From positions 1 to 18,693 of the forward strand of contig PSLL01000041.1 of assembly GCA_040289575.1 (NCBI GenBank): a stretch of DNA of 18,693 bases, in the 5' to 3' direction. The position numbers and the translations under genes were made by a program. This stretch comes from Candidatus Dadabacteria bacterium (GTDB taxonomy: Bacteria > Desulfobacterota_D > UBA1144 > Nemesobacterales > CSP1-2). Positions 17,086 to 18,693 of this stretch are shown here, piece after piece. The notes under the pieces were generated by a model. That model was not told the DNA's origin. It saw only the letters and a list, made by a program, of their open reading frames with translations, and did not search any database. How positions within the stretch are numbered: the first letter of the stretch is position 1; each line of letters begins with the position of its first letter.

Positions 17086-17621
17086 AACCCGATAAGACGG
17101 AGAAGAAGAATATGATTATTCACAGACAGGGGCGTATTTTATAACGATATGCACACACAATAAGGAATGCGTTTTTGGTGATGTGGTGGACAGGAGAATG
17201 GTATTAAACCAATTTGGGGAAGATATACGAAAAAATTTGATGTTAGATGAATTTATTGCTATGCCGAACCACATGCACGGGATTATCATCATCGTTGATG
17301 GTAGGGGCACGTTGCAACGTGCCCCTACATTTGAACAATTTGGCAAACCCGTTTCCAATTCAATACCAACCATTATTCGCCTGTTCAAATCCACCACGAC
17401 AAAACAAATCAATGAATTAAGTAAAACACCAGGAATCCCTCTTTGGCAACGCAATTATTACGAACACATAATCCGCAACGAAAACGAATTAAACAAAATC
17501 AACAAACAACCCGCTTAAATGGGAAATGGACTACGATAACCCGATTAGAAAAAAGGAATATAAAGATTTTACGGACTATCTAAAAGAGCAATTAAAAGGA
17601 GAGGTGCGGGGTAGCGCCTGA
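17086..17621 (+). pseudogene. REP-associated tyrosine transposase (RAYT/TnpA-REP, Y1 HUH family) pseudogene
   Basis: YDYSQTGAYFITICT, HUH motif MPNHMHGII, FKS and WQRNYYEHIIR. The N-terminus has no start; a segment is missing after NQFGE; the catalytic REYI segment is missing and the frame shifts to NNPLKWEMDYDNP (from 17506). Confidence 0.85.
17301..17328. repeat. Perfect 28-bp GTAG-type REP-like palindrome inside the RAYT coding region
   Basis: GTAGGGGCACGTTG|CAACGTGCCCCTAC, read directly. Confidence 0.85.
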
Positions 17622-17622
17622 A

Positions 17623-17859
17623 ATGGAGAACACCACACAATATTTCCGAAACGAGATTTTACGAAAGAGGTCGTATCTCACAATAGAGATGTGTAGAAGG
17701 GTAATCGAAAACCCTTTAAGAAAAGAAGCCCAGCCTGATGGAAGAATAAGATTTTGGGGTAAAATAGAAGAATTAGGAGGCAGGTACCTTAGAGTTGTTA
17801 CAATCGAGGACAGCGTTACAATACACAATACCTTTCTTGATAGGGGATTTAAACCTTAA
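17623..17859 (+). CDS. Small toxin-like protein (DUF4258/BrnT-RelE-like), partner of DUF2283
   Basis: 78 aa with QPDGRIRFWG...GRYLRVVT...TIHNTFLDR; directly upstream of a DUF2283 remnant. Confidence 0.6.
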   Translation: MENTTQYFRNEILRKRSYLTIEMCRRVIENPLRKEAQPDGRIRFWGKIEELGGRYLRVVTIEDSVTIHNTFLDRGFKP

Positions 17860-17874
17860 AATTAGGGGGTGCTT

Positions 17875-18049
17875 ATGAAGATTAAATCTGATGTCCCACG
17901 AGGTTGCTCCTGGTATAGTTATAGACTTTGATGAGAACAATAGTATTGTGGGTATTGATATTGACCGTGCAAGCAAAATCCTTAACCTAAGCGATTTAGA
18001 GATAACGAGCCTTCCTACAAAGAAACCCGTGCTTGAGTCATCCGAGTAG
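17875..18049 (+). pseudogene. DUF2283 putative antitoxin with an internal deletion/replacement and frameshift
   Basis: SD AGGGGG then MKIKSD; another frame gives SHEVAPGIVIDFDENNSIVGIDIDRASKIL...*. The usual D-x-LYI segment is absent. A 52-aa ORF remains from ATG 17891. Confidence 0.75.
17879..17906 (+). repeat. Right copy of a perfect 28-bp inverted repeat
   Basis: Identical to the reverse complement of 16991-17018. Confidence 0.95.
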
Positions 18050-18079
18050 GGAAGTGTCCTTTGAAAACGGCGATAAAGA

Positions 18080-18261
18080 ATGGAATTCATTGTTAATAAT
18101 CAAAAAGGCAGTCACGTATCTATGCATAATTTAGAAAGAAATATCTCTGTGTTATTGTCCCATTGCATAAGGAACTTAAGAAAGGAACTCTTAACAACAT
18201 TATTAAGAAGGTTGGCATCACCTTGGATGAACTAAGAAAACTGTTTGAAACAGTAATATAA
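18080..18261 (+). pseudogene. hicA: HicA-family toxin remnant
   Basis: FIVNNQKGSHVSM, then after an apparent 2-nt (GT) slip near 18149, [23 protein letters not shown]. The N-terminal helix is missing and no hicB is visible. Confidence 0.8.
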
Positions 18262-18693
18262 ATGAGTCTCGAAAAGCTTCCTGATATTCTCGATAACTCA
18301 GAGAGCAAGAAGGTTGCCGAGGTTTTGAGGGTATTTCTCAATTCTGAAAAATCGCCCTCTTCCATTTGGGCAGTTACAGCCTATTTCAATCTCGGTGGTT
18401 TTGCTACCCTGAATCAGGGGTTAAATAAGCCAGATAGTGTAAGAATCCTTATCGGGAAGGAACAGGAAAGGGAATTCATACTTGGAGAGCGTCTTAGGGC
18501 TGAGCTTGAGATTGCTTTAAATCGGAAGGAAGTGCCGTCTCTTATTAGGGAGTTTGAGGAGTTCTTAAGTCAGAATAAGGTTGAGGTAAGGGCTTACAAG
18601 AAGAAATTCCTTCGCGGGAAAGCCTATATTATTGAAGGAATTCCTTTTATAGGAAGCATTGGAATCGTAGGGTCTTCAAACTTTACGGAAGCA
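18262..18693 (+). pseudogene. 5' part of a PLD-domain protein of the type fused to SNF2/DEAD helicases; frameshifted and cut by the window edge
   Basis: MSLEKLPDILDNS...EK, then a -1 shift at A5 (18347-18351) into IASSIWAVTAYFNLGGF...VRILIG...VEVRAYKKKFLRGKAYI...GIVGSSNFT. Confidence 0.75.

Noticed and set aside
17007..17123. 39-aa N-terminal extension of the VWA protein in the ORF track
   Set aside because: Starts at a GTG inside the opposite-strand RAYT remnant; ATG 17006 directly precedes the first TM region.
17116..18365. Minus-strand ORFs 17116-17454, 17592-17828, 17773-18090 and 18120-18365
   Set aside because: Antisense to recognisable plus-strand RAYT, TA and PLD sequences.
1..18693. 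CRISPR array, tRNA/rRNA gene, integrase or invertase
   Set aside because: No regularly spaced repeats, RNA gene signatures or recombinase motifs seen by eye.

Overview
Bacterial chromosomal window. The gene set is loosely Desulfobacterota/Dadabacteria-like, but taxonomy cannot be fixed from sequence alone. From left to right: (1) the 3' end of a biosynthetic operon (AMP-dependent ligase plus ACP); (2) a convergent MerR-like HTH protein that is probably leaderless; (3) a minus-strand periplasmic copper/redox cluster of DegP, a small ORF missed by the track, a His1 putative outer-membrane protein, CopC, CopD, SodC and a VKOR-thioredoxin fusion; (4) a GAF histidine kinase, response regulator and NTP-transferase/PMM-like fusion operon; (5) a VWA/GATase-like membrane protein, CoaX and a stand-alone LigD phosphoesterase-like gene; (6) the edge of a decaying accessory/defence island with a RAYT pseudogene, an intact small toxin-like gene, broken DUF2283 and HicA genes, and a frameshifted PLD-domain gene. 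Two signals stand out. The first is a hidden ~101-105 aa leader ORF (TM helix, His cluster, C-terminal RSPP) whose RSPP codons are perfectly complementary (10 bp) to the Shine-Dalgarno of the next gene, suggesting arrest-peptide control of the copper operon. The second is a perfect 28-bp inverted repeat joining the likely VWA start codon to the exact lesion in the DUF2283 gene about 890 bp away.
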